Of a stretch of DNA of 64,000 nt, positions 37,841 through 47,316 are shown one piece after another (position 1 is the first letter of the stretch; each line of letters starts with the position of its first letter). Location of the stretch: assembly GCA_017450065.1 (NCBI GenBank), contig JAFSYI010000028.1:1172-65171 (forward strand), in the 5' to 3' direction. Origin of the DNA: Lachnospiraceae bacterium. GTDB taxonomy: Bacteria > Bacillota > Clostridia > Lachnospirales > Lachnospiraceae. The notes beneath the pieces were generated by a model, which worked only from the letters and a program-made list of their open reading frames with translations, did no database searches and was not told where the DNA came from. The position numbers and the translations under genes were made by a program.

Positions 37841-37958
37841 CCTCATATAATACAGGATATCAGAAATAATAAAACTGACTCCTCAAGCTTGCTTGAAAGG
37901 AGGCAGTTTTTATTTCTGCAAAATTTTTGATTTTGTTTATATCCTGTATTATATGAGG
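37841..37958. repeat. Nested inverted-repeat element (20-bp perfect outer stem)
   Basis: CCTCATATAATACAGGATAT (37841-37860) is the exact reverse complement of 37939-37958. An inner imperfect hairpin spans 37861-37919. A separate hairpin, GCCCAGGTG...CACCTGGGC, lies at 37811-37837. Confidence 0.7.
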
Positions 37959-37988
37959 CGTATATCCCGGATGATGCCTAATCCCAAT

Positions 37989-38020
37989 ACAAGCCGGAAC
38001 AAGAGATTGTTCCGGCTTGT
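37989..38020 (-). terminator. Hairpin after the small alarmone synthetase gene
   Basis: ACAAGCCGGAAC pairs with GTTCCGGCTTGT (12 bp). The trailing T-run is weak. Confidence 0.5.
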
Positions 38021-38030
38021 ATAAGCCTCC

Positions 38031-38684
38031 TTAAGCCTGCTTCACATCCCCATTCTTCTTGGCTTCCCGGATCTCTTCATTAAGCTGGAGCATCCTCTCA
38101 TCAAGTGCCGACACCATCTGAGCACACTCATAGAGCTCCTTCTTAATCTCTTCAGGAGCATTCATATCGAACTTATAATTCATCTTATGCTCAAGGCTTG
38201 CCCAGAAATCCATGGCAACCGTTCTGATCTGGACCTCTACCTTCGTATCGATCACGCTGTCCGACAGATATATCGGAACACTGACTATCATATGATAGCT
38301 CTTATATCCGCTCTCTTTGGGATTCTTGATATAATCCTTTATATACAGAACCTTAACATCGCTCTGGTTGGCCAGCATGTCGGCAACCCTGTAAATATCC
38401 GACGTAAATGAACAGATAACCCTTATCCCGGCAATATCATTTACGTACTTCTGCATATTCTCAAGAGTAGACTCATAGCCTCTCTTCTTAAGCTTCCTTA
38501 CAATGCTTTCCGATGTCTTAACACGCGATTTGATATGTTCTATCGGATTATACTGATGAATGTGCTGGAACTCATCATTAAGTATCTCCAGCTTGGTTCC
38601 TACTTCCTTAAGTGCCGAATTATATAAAAGGATCATGGTCTGCCAGTCATCTACCTGATCCACTCCGTTAGGTTTGTACTCCAC
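38031..38684 (-). CDS. Small alarmone synthetase (RelQ/RelP-type GTP pyrophosphokinase)
   Basis: YNPIEHIKSRVKTSESI, DIAGIRVICSF, GYKSYHMIV and VEVQIRTVAMDFWASLEHK. GTG start lies after GGTGAGG. Confidence 0.85.
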   Translation of the reverse strand: MEYKPNGVDQVDDWQTMILLYNSALKEVGTKLEILNDEFQHIHQYNPIEHIKSRVKTSESIVRKLKKRGYESTLENMQKYVNDIAGIRVICSFTSDIYRVADMLANQSDVKVLYIKDYIKNPKESGYKSYHMIVSVPIYLSDSVIDTKVEVQIRTVAMDFWASLEHKMNYKFDMNAPEEIKKELYECAQMVSALDERMLQLNEEIREAKKNGDVKQA

Positions 38685-38903
38685 CCCTGTTACCTCACCA
38701 TTATTTCATTTTTAATATATGCCGTTATGAATAGTTACGTATGGACAAATCTACATGGTTTAGTATAACATAGTTTGTGAAAAAATGCACGAGTATTTAT
38801 GTAATTTTACTATAATTTCACAATTTTTTCACATAAATATGTAAATCTTTGACAAAGATAACAATGACGACATTTCTTTTTTGTCATCTGAAAGGAAACA
38901 GGT

Positions 38904-39167
38904 ATGCGTACATGGGGTAAAGTCATAAAAGACAACCGTATACTTAAGGATATCGTGATAGAGAACTATGAAGATGACACCCGCACCCACAAGGTCTTCA
39001 GTGCCCTTGACAGCATATGCCGCGAGTTCGATCTGAGCGTTCCCATCTGGCTTGATGCCACCGTTGCCGAATTCAGGCGTCACGCCAAATGCCGTTTCTA
39101 TGCCGACAATTTCATTGAAGAGACAGAATTCGATTATCTGGAGCTTCAGGTTCTTGAAGAGGATTAG
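38904..39167 (+). CDS. Hypothetical protein (87 aa)
   Basis: ORF with an AAAGGAAAC RBS. I recognise no family. Confidence 0.5.
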   Translation: MRTWGKVIKDNRILKDIVIENYEDDTRTHKVFSALDSICREFDLSVPIWLDATVAEFRRHAKCRFYADNFIEETEFDYLELQVLEED

Positions 39168-39237
39168 ATCTGTAACCTCTCTTCAGGTAATATCGCATAG
39201 CAGGAGTATTGCGGGTATTCTTTTATCACATCCGGGG

Positions 39238-39264
39238 TTAAGTGTAACCACAAATGTCCGATAT
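39238..39264 (+). promoter_or_regulatory. Possible sigma-28 (SigD/FliA)-type promoter
   Basis: TTAAG, about 15 nt, then TCCGATAT, compared with the TAAA-N15-GCCGATAT consensus. It lies about 190 nt upstream of the 39458 start. Confidence 0.3.
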
Positions 39265-39457
39265 ACTATTTAGATCGATCGACTAACATTCCATGGAGTG
39301 TTTACAGAACAGACAACAGTGTATCGACCACGGAGGGCAGGCAATAAGCAGAACGGATACTGCTTTTAGTCATGCTCTTTTTGATTTGTAAACACGGACG
39401 TAAGCATTGAGATAGTGGCGGTACCCTCATAATCATAATCTAAAAGGGGGTTACTTA

Positions 39458-40525
39458 TTGATCATTCAAAGCAGTACGGTAGGAATGGAATCCGTGAGGA
39501 GATACTCCTCATTGCGCATGGATGCCTACGGGACCGGCAGCAGCATAATGGCTGTGACAGCGCCCGGTAATAATGCAACGGGAGGCTTAACATTAAACGA
39601 AAGCAACAGCAGGCAGATTGGCAACGAGGCACATGGCAGCTTCCGTAACTCACTGGAGAACCTTAAGAAGCGGTTCGAAACGATGGGAACCTCGCGTATT
39701 ACCCATAATCACGATGAAGAAAGTGCCATGAACAGGATAAAAACCGAATGTATCATCTATCTTCTGCGTCTTTTGTTCGGGCGGGAGACAGATGATGATG
39801 TTGATACGAAGAGTTTTAATGAAACCTTCAATGATACTTCCGGCAGTAAAGGATCCGGCGTCTTAAAAAATTATGAGGCGCATTACTTTGCGGAAAGTGA
39901 AGAGTTAAGTTATCACACAGCCGGTACAGTGGTAACCGCAGACGGAAGAGAACTGGATTTTAACTTAAGCTTTGAGATGAGCAGAAGCTTCGAGAAATAT
40001 TACGGGAAGGAGCATACATTCAATACAGGAAAGCTGTGCGATCCTCTTGTTATCAATCTTGATACGGATATTGCAGGTGTTTCGGATCAGAAATTTATGT
40101 TCGATATAGACAGCGACGGAGTAAAGGACAATATCTCCATGCTTAATAAAAGCAGTGGATTTCTGGCTCTTGACAGAAACGGCGACGGAAAGATAAATGA
40201 CGGAAGCGAGCTGTTCGGAACAAAATCCGGAGATGGTTTCAGGGATCTTGCTGCCTATGATTCCGACGGTAACGGCTGGATTGACGAAGCCGACTCCATT
40301 TGGAATAAACTTCTTATATATTCAATGAATGAAGACGGGAGTTCTTCCGTGTACGGACTGTCAGAAAAGGGAGTAGGCGCAATATACCTCGGGAGCGTTT
40401 CCACCAACTATTCGCTTAATAACAGTATGACCAATAATGTTAACGCGGTAATACGTAAAACAGGCATGTTTTTATATGAAAACGGACAAGCCGGCACTAT
40501 TCAGCACTTAGACGTAGCAAGCTGA
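39458..40525 (+). CDS. Hypothetical protein with DxDxDG-type calcium-binding motifs and no signal peptide
   Basis: TTG start 8 nt after AAAAGGGGG. Motifs are DIDSDGVKD, DRNGDGKINDGSELFG and DSDGNGWIDEAD. Confidence 0.55.
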   Translation: MIIQSSTVGMESVRRYSSLRMDAYGTGSSIMAVTAPGNNATGGLTLNESNSRQIGNEAHGSFRNSLENLKKRFETMGTSRITHNHDEESAMNRIKTECIIYLLRLLFGRETDDDVDTKSFNETFNDTSGSKGSGVLKNYEAHYFAESEELSYHTAGTVVTADGRELDFNLSFEMSRSFEKYYGKEHTFNTGKLCDPLVINLDTDIAGVSDQKFMFDIDSDGVKDNISMLNKSSGFLALDRNGDGKINDGSELFGTKSGDGFRDLAAYDSDGNGWIDEADSIWNKLLIYSMNEDGSSSVYGLSEKGVGAIYLGSVSTNYSLNNSMTNNVNAVIRKTGMFLYENGQAGTIQHLDVAS

Positions 40526-40529
40526 AGAA

Positions 40530-40565
40530 GAGCCACCGGACATATAGTGTCCGGTGGCTCTTTAT
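40530..40565. terminator. Bidirectional terminator
   Basis: Perfect 13-bp stem GAGCCACCGGACA (40530-40542) pairs with TGTCCGGTGGCTC (40548-40560), followed by TTTAT. Confidence 0.8.
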
Positions 40566-40592
40566 GATCATATCCATGACCGGTTGTCTAAA

Positions 40593-41966
40593 TCAGAGAA
40601 AACTCAATGCCGCAAAGACAGCTGCCATTACAAAAAATATCAGTATAAGTGACAGAATCCATGCTGCAAGACTTACATAAGCGGCTGTCTTCTTCTGTCC
40701 GATGGCATCTGCTTTCTTAAACAGATACGCAGGAGGGAAAAGCAGTACGGCGAGTATTTTCCATCCGATTCCCACTTCGGCCCCTAACTGTCTCATATAA
40801 TTACTGTCTAATGCCATTATCACTATATAAACGACAATTGCAAAAACACTGCCAATCTGTATCCCGATCTTTGAAAGGATCAGATTTATTACGCCCATGA
40901 TAAACGGTGCCAGTCCAAATGCCCATGACAAAATATCCAGCATCTTCATAGCCGGATCATCATCAAAGGTTCCGGCAGAACTAAAGGATGATGGGACGGA
41001 TTTCGGACCGCTGTACATTGTCCCGCCTGTTACCGCAGGCTTCTCATCATATGCTCCCGATGAAGCTGAATTCATATTATCATAGAGTGGCTCACTGCCC
41101 GTACCGGCTGAGACGCCTGAATCCGTTCCGCCAAAGAAGCTTGAACCTGAATCGCCGGTAGAACCTGAGCTTACAGTGATTCCCTTATCAACACCCATAC
41201 TGCCAAAGAACGAGAATCCACCGCTGTCTGAGCCTGAATCCTGACTGCTTGCGGATCCACCAGGAAAACCCGGGCCCGGTTCAGAACCCTGAGTCTGCGA
41301 CGGCTGCTCTTTGTGATCCCCCTTATTGTCCGGTTCTTCATCAAATCCAAATAGCTGGTCATAATCATCATCCATACCGTAATCGGAACCCGAATCAAGC
41401 TTCTTCTCGTTGGAAGACGACGCACCTGCGCCACTGCCCTTATCGGATGCAATACCCGGTGTACTTATTCCCTCATCCTGATTCTCAAAGAAGAAGTCCA
41501 GATCCCCATCGAAATCGGAACCGGAATCAAGTCCCGTATCATCCTGACCATAGTTGTCATCTGTCGCTGTATCCTGTACTGACTCAGTCTTCGGTTCACT
41601 ATCTGTTTCTGACATTACACTGCTGAACAGGCTGCTCCCCGAACCGGCAAACAATGTATCAGGCTCTGATGATTCCGTCTCCAATCCTGGCATAACTGAA
41701 GACTGATCATGCAGATTACTCTTCTCATCAATCTTATCAGTCCTCCGGCTTAATGCATCGGTTTCAGCTTCATCCCGGGTATTATCTACCACGGTCCACA
41801 TTTTCAATACTTCTTTTTCATCAGGGCTTAATGCCTCATAATCCGATGAGGTGATCTCAAGATCCTTCAGCATAGCACCGCACTTGGTACATTTAACCTT
41901 CTTCCCTTTATTGCTGAGCTTGAACAGTTTATCACAGTTTTCACAATAATACAGGTATTTATCCAT
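40593..41966 (-). CDS. Zinc-ribbon, acidic low-complexity, multi-TM membrane protein (hypothetical)
   Basis: CENCDKLF...CTKCGAM (CxxC...CxxC). A D/S/G-rich region of about 250 aa follows, then 4 C-terminal TM helices. The ATG at 41966 lies after GGAGA. Confidence 0.55.
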   Translation of the reverse strand: MDKYLYYCENCDKLFKLSNKGKKVKCTKCGAMLKDLEITSSDYEALSPDEKEVLKMWTVVDNTRDEAETDALSRRTDKIDEKSNLHDQSSVMPGLETESSEPDTLFAGSGSSLFSSVMSETDSEPKTESVQDTATDDNYGQDDTGLDSGSDFDGDLDFFFENQDEGISTPGIASDKGSGAGASSSNEKKLDSGSDYGMDDDYDQLFGFDEEPDNKGDHKEQPSQTQGSEPGPGFPGGSASSQDSGSDSGGFSFFGSMGVDKGITVSSGSTGDSGSSFFGGTDSGVSAGTGSEPLYDNMNSASSGAYDEKPAVTGGTMYSGPKSVPSSFSSAGTFDDDPAMKMLDILSWAFGLAPFIMGVINLILSKIGIQIGSVFAIVVYIVIMALDSNYMRQLGAEVGIGWKILAVLLFPPAYLFKKADAIGQKKTAAYVSLAAWILSLILIFFVMAAVFAALSFL

Positions 41967-41990
41967 GTCTGTCTCCATAATCAGCTGATT

Positions 41991-44282
41991 TTATCCGGCG
42001 TAGTAATTTATAAGGCATCCCTTGAGGATTATTTCCCTTTCATCATCCGTAAGATCGCCAAGCCTTACAACGAATTCCTTCAGTTCATCTCCGACAACGT
42101 ATCCCTTTATTTCCGAAGCCTTCTCCTCAACCGCCTTACGTATTCCCGGGAAGAAGAGATAATCCTTATTCTTAAACGGAAGTTCTCCCTCTTCGATAAG
42201 GAAGGGAAGCATACCCCAGTTGATAAGATTGCTGCGATACCTCTTGGTGGCATACTCATTGGCAATATTAGCCCAGCCTCCAAGTACCTTCTGACATGAA
42301 GCTGCCTGTTCTCTTGCAGAACCGTCACCCGGCTTTACGGCAAAGATCGTACTTCCAAAGCCTGTGTTTGTCCTGTCTGCATCAGAGAACTTCTTCTTAA
42401 TATTATCCATCACACCCTTAATATCCGGATTGGCTTCACACGGATGCCCACCGCTTATCCTTGCATCCTCAGCCTTCTTGATCTCCTTTGCAAGACCTAC
42501 ATAATCAGGATCCTTCCTCGAAAGAGTGAACTCTGCAAGGCCAAGAGGATTGGAACGGAATGAAGAAGTCTCACCCGATGGGATGAGCTCATCCGTTGTC
42601 GTAACCGGATCATGGATCTCCGATACACAGCGAAGCACCAGATTCTCGGGCAGTGCGCTCATCTTCGGCCAATCCTTTATGTTGGGACCGAACCTGATCT
42701 CCTCATCCGGGTCAGCAATGCCATGAGAATCAAATACACGGTTTTCATAGATCGTCTTATCAAAATGATACTTATATTTCTTAAGAGTACCTTCTTCAAT
42801 AAACCTGTCTGCACCGGTAAGGTATCCCTTATTCGCAGCCGTTGCGGCAATAGAGCGCGCATCCATGAGAGCAACCGATGAAATCTGACCGTTCTGTAGC
42901 TTCGAGCCCTCGCGGTTCGGGAAGTTACGTGTTGAATGTCTTATTGAAAATGCATTATTGGCCGGTGTATCTCCGGCTCCGAAGCACGGTCCGCAGAAAG
43001 CTGTCTTAAGCACCGCTCCCGTCTCCATTATCTTAGCAGCACATCCATTCCTTATCAGCTCCATATATACAGGCATTGATGCAGGATAAACACTTAACGT
43101 GAACTCATCATATCCTATGCTTGCACCGTCGAGTATATCGGCTGCCGCACAGATATTTTCGAAACCACCGCCCGCACAGCCTGCGATTATACCCTGATCA
43201 ACATACAGTTTTCCATCCCTTACCTTGTTTTTAAGGGTATACTCAACCTGTCCGTCAAGGCTGACAAGCGCTCTCTTCTCAACATCATCAAGGATATCCA
43301 GAAGATTGTCATTGAGTTCATCAATAGTATAGGTATTACTCGGATGGAACGGCATGGCGATCATCGGCTTAACGGTACTCAGATCTATCTCTATCAGTCC
43401 GTCGTAATAAGCCACATCACCCGGATTAAGCTCCTTATATTCTTCTTTTCTTCCGTGTATATCATAGAATTCCTCTATCTGCCCATCTGTTCTCCAGATT
43501 GATGACAGACATGTGGTCTCAGTGGTCATAACATCGATCCCGATCCTGAAGTCGGCACTTAATGATGCCACACCCGGTCCCACGAATTCCATTACCTTAT
43601 TCTTAACATAACCGTTCTTAAATACAGCTCCTATTATTGCCAGCGCAACGTCCTGCGGACCGACACCCGGATTCGGAGCACCCGTAAGATATACTCCTAC
43701 AACGCCCGGCCTGTCTATATCATAGGTTCTGTTAAGAAGCTGCTTAACCAGCTCCGGACCGCCTTCACCGACCGCCATTGTTCCCAGAGCGCCGTATCTT
43801 GTATGTGAATCGGAACCAAGTATCATCCTGCCGCAGCCTGCGAGCATCTCGCGGGCGAACTGATGGATGACTGCCTGATGCGGAGGAACATATACTCCGC
43901 CATACTTCTTGGCACATGATAGTCCGAACATATGGTCATCTTCATTTATAGTACCACCGACTGCACATAAGCTGTTATGACAGTTCGTCAGCACATACGG
44001 CATCGGGAACTTCTCCAGTCCCGAAGCTCTTGCCGTCTGGATAATTCCTACAAAAGTTATATCATGAGAGGTAAGCTTATCGAACCGTATCTTAAGCTTA
44101 TCCATTGTATCCGATGTGTTATGTTCCTTAAGAATACCATATGCGATCGTATTCTCTGCTGCCTCTTCCCTGGTTATCTGCCTGCCTGCTGCCGCCTGTA
44201 CCTTTGACAGAGCATCCTCATTATCCGGGATGATATCCCTCCCGTTGATAAGCCATGCTCCGCCTTCCGTTAATGTGACCAT
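41991..44282 (-). CDS. Aconitase-family hydratase (763 aa)
   Basis: [30 protein letters not shown] and CGPCFGAGD are aconitase Fe-S ligand regions. A C-terminal swivel domain is present. GCAGGAGG RBS. Confidence 0.75.
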   Translation of the reverse strand: MVTLTEGGAWLINGRDIIPDNEDALSKVQAAAGRQITREEAAENTIAYGILKEHNTSDTMDKLKIRFDKLTSHDITFVGIIQTARASGLEKFPMPYVLTNCHNSLCAVGGTINEDDHMFGLSCAKKYGGVYVPPHQAVIHQFAREMLAGCGRMILGSDSHTRYGALGTMAVGEGGPELVKQLLNRTYDIDRPGVVGVYLTGAPNPGVGPQDVALAIIGAVFKNGYVKNKVMEFVGPGVASLSADFRIGIDVMTTETTCLSSIWRTDGQIEEFYDIHGRKEEYKELNPGDVAYYDGLIEIDLSTVKPMIAMPFHPSNTYTIDELNDNLLDILDDVEKRALVSLDGQVEYTLKNKVRDGKLYVDQGIIAGCAGGGFENICAAADILDGASIGYDEFTLSVYPASMPVYMELIRNGCAAKIMETGAVLKTAFCGPCFGAGDTPANNAFSIRHSTRNFPNREGSKLQNGQISSVALMDARSIAATAANKGYLTGADRFIEEGTLKKYKYHFDKTIYENRVFDSHGIADPDEEIRFGPNIKDWPKMSALPENLVLRCVSEIHDPVTTTDELIPSGETSSFRSNPLGLAEFTLSRKDPDYVGLAKEIKKAEDARISGGHPCEANPDIKGVMDNIKKKFSDADRTNTGFGSTIFAVKPGDGSAREQAASCQKVLGGWANIANEYATKRYRSNLINWGMLPFLIEEGELPFKNKDYLFFPGIRKAVEEKASEIKGYVVGDELKEFVVRLGDLTDDEREIILKGCLINYYAG

Positions 44283-44485
44283 GAAAACCTCCTGCTGTAT
44301 TTATTTCTTTAAAAATCGTAACTATTCAGAACAGGCTCAAAATACTACGTATTTTTCGCTGTTTTGGATATTTACTAAAAATCATACTATCCTAAAATAT
44401 TATTGTATCCCAGCAACCCTTATACTGCAAGCATTATTCTTATAAAACACGTCAGATGGCCTTAATAAGGACTGAACTCAATAAC

Positions 44486-44514
44486 TTGATTTTGGATTTC
44501 TCCTAAAATATAAT
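44486..44514 (+). promoter_or_regulatory. Sigma-A promoter of the MATE gene
   Basis: TTGATT (44486-44491), 17-nt spacer, TATAAT (44509-44514). Confidence 0.55.
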
Positions 44515-44574
44515 GTACCTGTTCAGAACAGATACATTAAAGGTACATTAGACACAACACAGGAATATTTAACA

Positions 44575-45936
44575 ATGGCAGCTGACAGCAAACAGACCGA
44601 ACAGTTTAAGAAAATGACGGAAACCCCCATTCCGAAGCTGATAATCTCTCTTTCGATACCTACGGTAATCAACATGCTGGTAACGAATATATATAATCTG
44701 GTAGATACAGCTTTTGTAGGCAGGCTGGGAAATTCAGCCAGCGGAGCCGTGGGAATCGTATTCGGTTACATGGCAATAGTGCAGGCTGTGGGATTTATGT
44801 TCGGACAGGGCGGAGGAAGCATAGCTTCAAGACTTCTCGGTGCCAAAAATGCCGGTAAAGCTTCCGAGACCGCATCTACGGCTTTCTTCTTTGCCATGGG
44901 TGCCGGAGGTCTGATCGCGATACTTTCATTTATCTTTCTCGATCCTCTCATCATGGCTTTGGGAAGTACTGTAACGATTGCTCCTTATGCAAGGCAGTAT
45001 ATTACCTACGTTCTGATTGCAACACCCTTCATGACTGCCAGCTTTACGATGAATAATGTGCTCAGATATGAAGGTAAGGCAGCCATAGGAATGATCGGAC
45101 TGCTGACCGGTTCAATACTCAATATGATCGGTGATCCGATACTTATGTTTGGACTGAAAATGGGTGTGGCGGGTGCAGGACTGTCGACCTGTATAAGCCA
45201 GATAACCAGCTTCTTCATCCTTCTGTCAATGTTTTTAAGAGGCAGAACTACCTGCAGGCTTTCAGTAAACAATGTACAGCCCGGCAACGATCTGTTATTA
45301 AGAATATGTGCTGCCGGCCTGCCATCGCTGCTGCGTCAGGGTCTTGGAAGTATCGCGACCATAATATTAAACAGCAATGCCGGTGTATATGGTGATGAGG
45401 CTGTAGCCGCCATGAGCATTGTATCCAGGATATCCTTTTTCATATTTTCGGTCGCGCTCGGCGTAGGGCAGGGCTTTCAGCCGGTAAGTGCGTTTAATTA
45501 CGGTGCCGGGAAATACGACCGTGTGAAAAAGGGCTTTAATTTCACGCTTGCCATAGGCGAGGTCATGATGGGCATCGCCATAATAGCGATGTTTATCCAT
45601 TCCGGAAATGTCATAGGCATGTTCAGGGATGATCCGAGAGTTATAGAAATAGGTACAAGAGCATTAAGGCTCAACCTTGCGGCGCTTCTGTTCCTTCCTC
45701 TTTCCATGGTCACTGAAATGCTGTTCCAGAGTACCGGTCACAGTGCCGGAGCTTCAATACTGTCATCTTTAAGAAGCGGGATATTCTTCATACCTGCACT
45801 GATCATACTTTCCCGTTTAAGAGGACTAAGCGGAATACAGGAGGCTCAGCCCCTTGCTTATGTCCTGACTTTTTTCCCTTCTCTTGCCTTCTGTATATGG
45901 CTGATGAAGAAAATAAGCAGTGCGGAGAATCAATAA
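44575..45936 (+). CDS. MATE family efflux transporter
   Basis: 453 aa, 12 TM segments. The N-terminus (PIPKLIISLSIPTVINMLVTNIYNLVDTAFVGRLG) is typical of MATE transporters. Confidence 0.9.
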   Translation: MAADSKQTEQFKKMTETPIPKLIISLSIPTVINMLVTNIYNLVDTAFVGRLGNSASGAVGIVFGYMAIVQAVGFMFGQGGGSIASRLLGAKNAGKASETASTAFFFAMGAGGLIAILSFIFLDPLIMALGSTVTIAPYARQYITYVLIATPFMTASFTMNNVLRYEGKAAIGMIGLLTGSILNMIGDPILMFGLKMGVAGAGLSTCISQITSFFILLSMFLRGRTTCRLSVNNVQPGNDLLLRICAAGLPSLLRQGLGSIATIILNSNAGVYGDEAVAAMSIVSRISFFIFSVALGVGQGFQPVSAFNYGAGKYDRVKKGFNFTLAIGEVMMGIAIIAMFIHSGNVIGMFRDDPRVIEIGTRALRLNLAALLFLPLSMVTEMLFQSTGHSAGASILSSLRSGIFFIPALIILSRLRGLSGIQEAQPLAYVLTFFPSLAFCIWLMKKISSAENQ

Positions 45937-45995
45937 AGTAATTACTCTAACTATTCGGAACAGGATCAAAATACATTTTATTTATAAAGGAACTT

Positions 45996-47306
45996 ATGTA
46001 CATAGACAAAGAAACAGACAATCAAATACAGGATGCCCTTATTCCGGTGGTCCTTGTCTGTCTTCGGACGACAGAGGATGACGAAGAATTCGATCACGCG
46101 GTTAATGAGCTTAAGAATCTCTGCGAAGCATGTGACCTTGAGACGAAGGAAATCATTACCCAGTCTCTTCCCCATCCCGATAATGCCACCTGGATCGGTT
46201 CGGGAAAGGCAGAGGAGCTTACTTACGTTATCCGCGGAACGGAAGCCGAATATGCAGTATGCCTCGGAAACCTCTCACCCACACAGATGAAGAATCTGCA
46301 GAAGATCATCGGTATTCCCGTATGGGACAGGACCAACCTTATTCTTGAGATATTTTCGCGCAGGGCTCGTACAAGAGAGGCCAGACTGCAGGTAGAATCA
46401 GCTTATCTTCACTATATGCTGCCCCGGCTTACCGGAATGTGGAAGCATCTTGGCCGTCAGAGCGGCGGTGGCGGAAGCCGTGCAAACAAGGGTATCGGTG
46501 AGAAGCAGATTGAGCTTGACAGACGCCAGATATCGCACCGTATAACAGAGCTTAAGAAGGAACTTAAACAGATAGAGCTCACCCGTGAAGTACAGCGCAG
46601 GGGAAGGATCAGGAACGGCTATCCCCTTGTTGCTTTAGTCGGATATACAAATGCCGGCAAATCATCTTTAATGAACCGCCTGATAGAATCCTCTGTTTCA
46701 TCATACACTGAAGATTCGGAGAAAAAGGTGTTTGAGAAAGACATGCTTTTTGCTACTCTTGATACATCTGTAAGAAAGATTGCAATTCCCGGAAGAAGGC
46801 CGTTTCTTTTGTCTGATACGGTTGGATTTATAGAGAATATACCTCATGACCTTATTAAGGCCTTCCGATCTACCCTTGCGGAAGTAAAATATGCAGATGT
46901 GCTGTTGATCGTAATGGATTCATCCGATCCTCATTATACCATGCATAGGCGGATCACGGAGGATACCCTGAGAGAACTGGATGTATCGGGAATTCCTCGA
47001 ATCTATGTATACAACAAGGCAGATATAAGGGATAAAGAGCTGACTATAAAAAACAGCGCCGGAAGTGATTCAATATTTATTTCCGCACGTACAGGCTACG
47101 GAATGGATGATCTTCTTGACGCTCTGCGTGAAATCCTTCAAAGAGGAAGCCGGCTGGTCGATTTAATCCTTCCTTACAGCGCCGGAAGCATCTTAAGCCG
47201 GATACACAATGAAGGAGAAGTATTGGAGGAAAGCTTCGAACCGGAGGGCACACATATAAGGGCTTTATGTCCTGCTGCCCTTGCAGATTACCTCGGAACA
47301 ATATGA
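45996..47306 (+). CDS. hflX: GTPase HflX
   Basis: LEIFSRRARTREARLQVE, VALVGYTNAGKSSLMN and LSDTVGFI. Confidence 0.9.
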   Translation: MYIDKETDNQIQDALIPVVLVCLRTTEDDEEFDHAVNELKNLCEACDLETKEIITQSLPHPDNATWIGSGKAEELTYVIRGTEAEYAVCLGNLSPTQMKNLQKIIGIPVWDRTNLILEIFSRRARTREARLQVESAYLHYMLPRLTGMWKHLGRQSGGGGSRANKGIGEKQIELDRRQISHRITELKKELKQIELTREVQRRGRIRNGYPLVALVGYTNAGKSSLMNRLIESSVSSYTEDSEKKVFEKDMLFATLDTSVRKIAIPGRRPFLLSDTVGFIENIPHDLIKAFRSTLAEVKYADVLLIVMDSSDPHYTMHRRITEDTLRELDVSGIPRIYVYNKADIRDKELTIKNSAGSDSIFISARTGYGMDDLLDALREILQRGSRLVDLILPYSAGSILSRIHNEGEVLEESFEPEGTHIRALCPAALADYLGTI

Positions 47307-47316
47307 TAATACACGA

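Noticed and set aside
37625-37930. A 101-aa plus-strand ORF lies in the AT-rich gap.
   Set aside because: It has no RBS, its composition is the low-complexity F/L/I/K-rich kind typical of AT-rich noncoding DNA, and it runs straight through the inverted-repeat element.
38031-39167. I considered whether the small alarmone synthetase plus the adjacent 87-aa ORF form a toxSAS toxin-antitoxin pair.
   Set aside because: The SAS has the length and motifs of housekeeping RelQ/RelP enzymes. The small ORF is divergently transcribed 220 nt away rather than co-operonic. Nothing else supports a toxin-antitoxin arrangement.
39168-39457. I looked for a riboswitch, especially c-di-GMP-I or c-di-GMP-II, in the 290-bp region before the calcium-motif protein gene.
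   Set aside because: I could not align the conserved cores (such as GGCAAACC...GACGCAAAGCC) to this sequence. Only a weak terminator-like hairpin after the upstream ORF and a small hairpin at about 39346-39366 are visible. A covariance-model search is needed before claiming anything.
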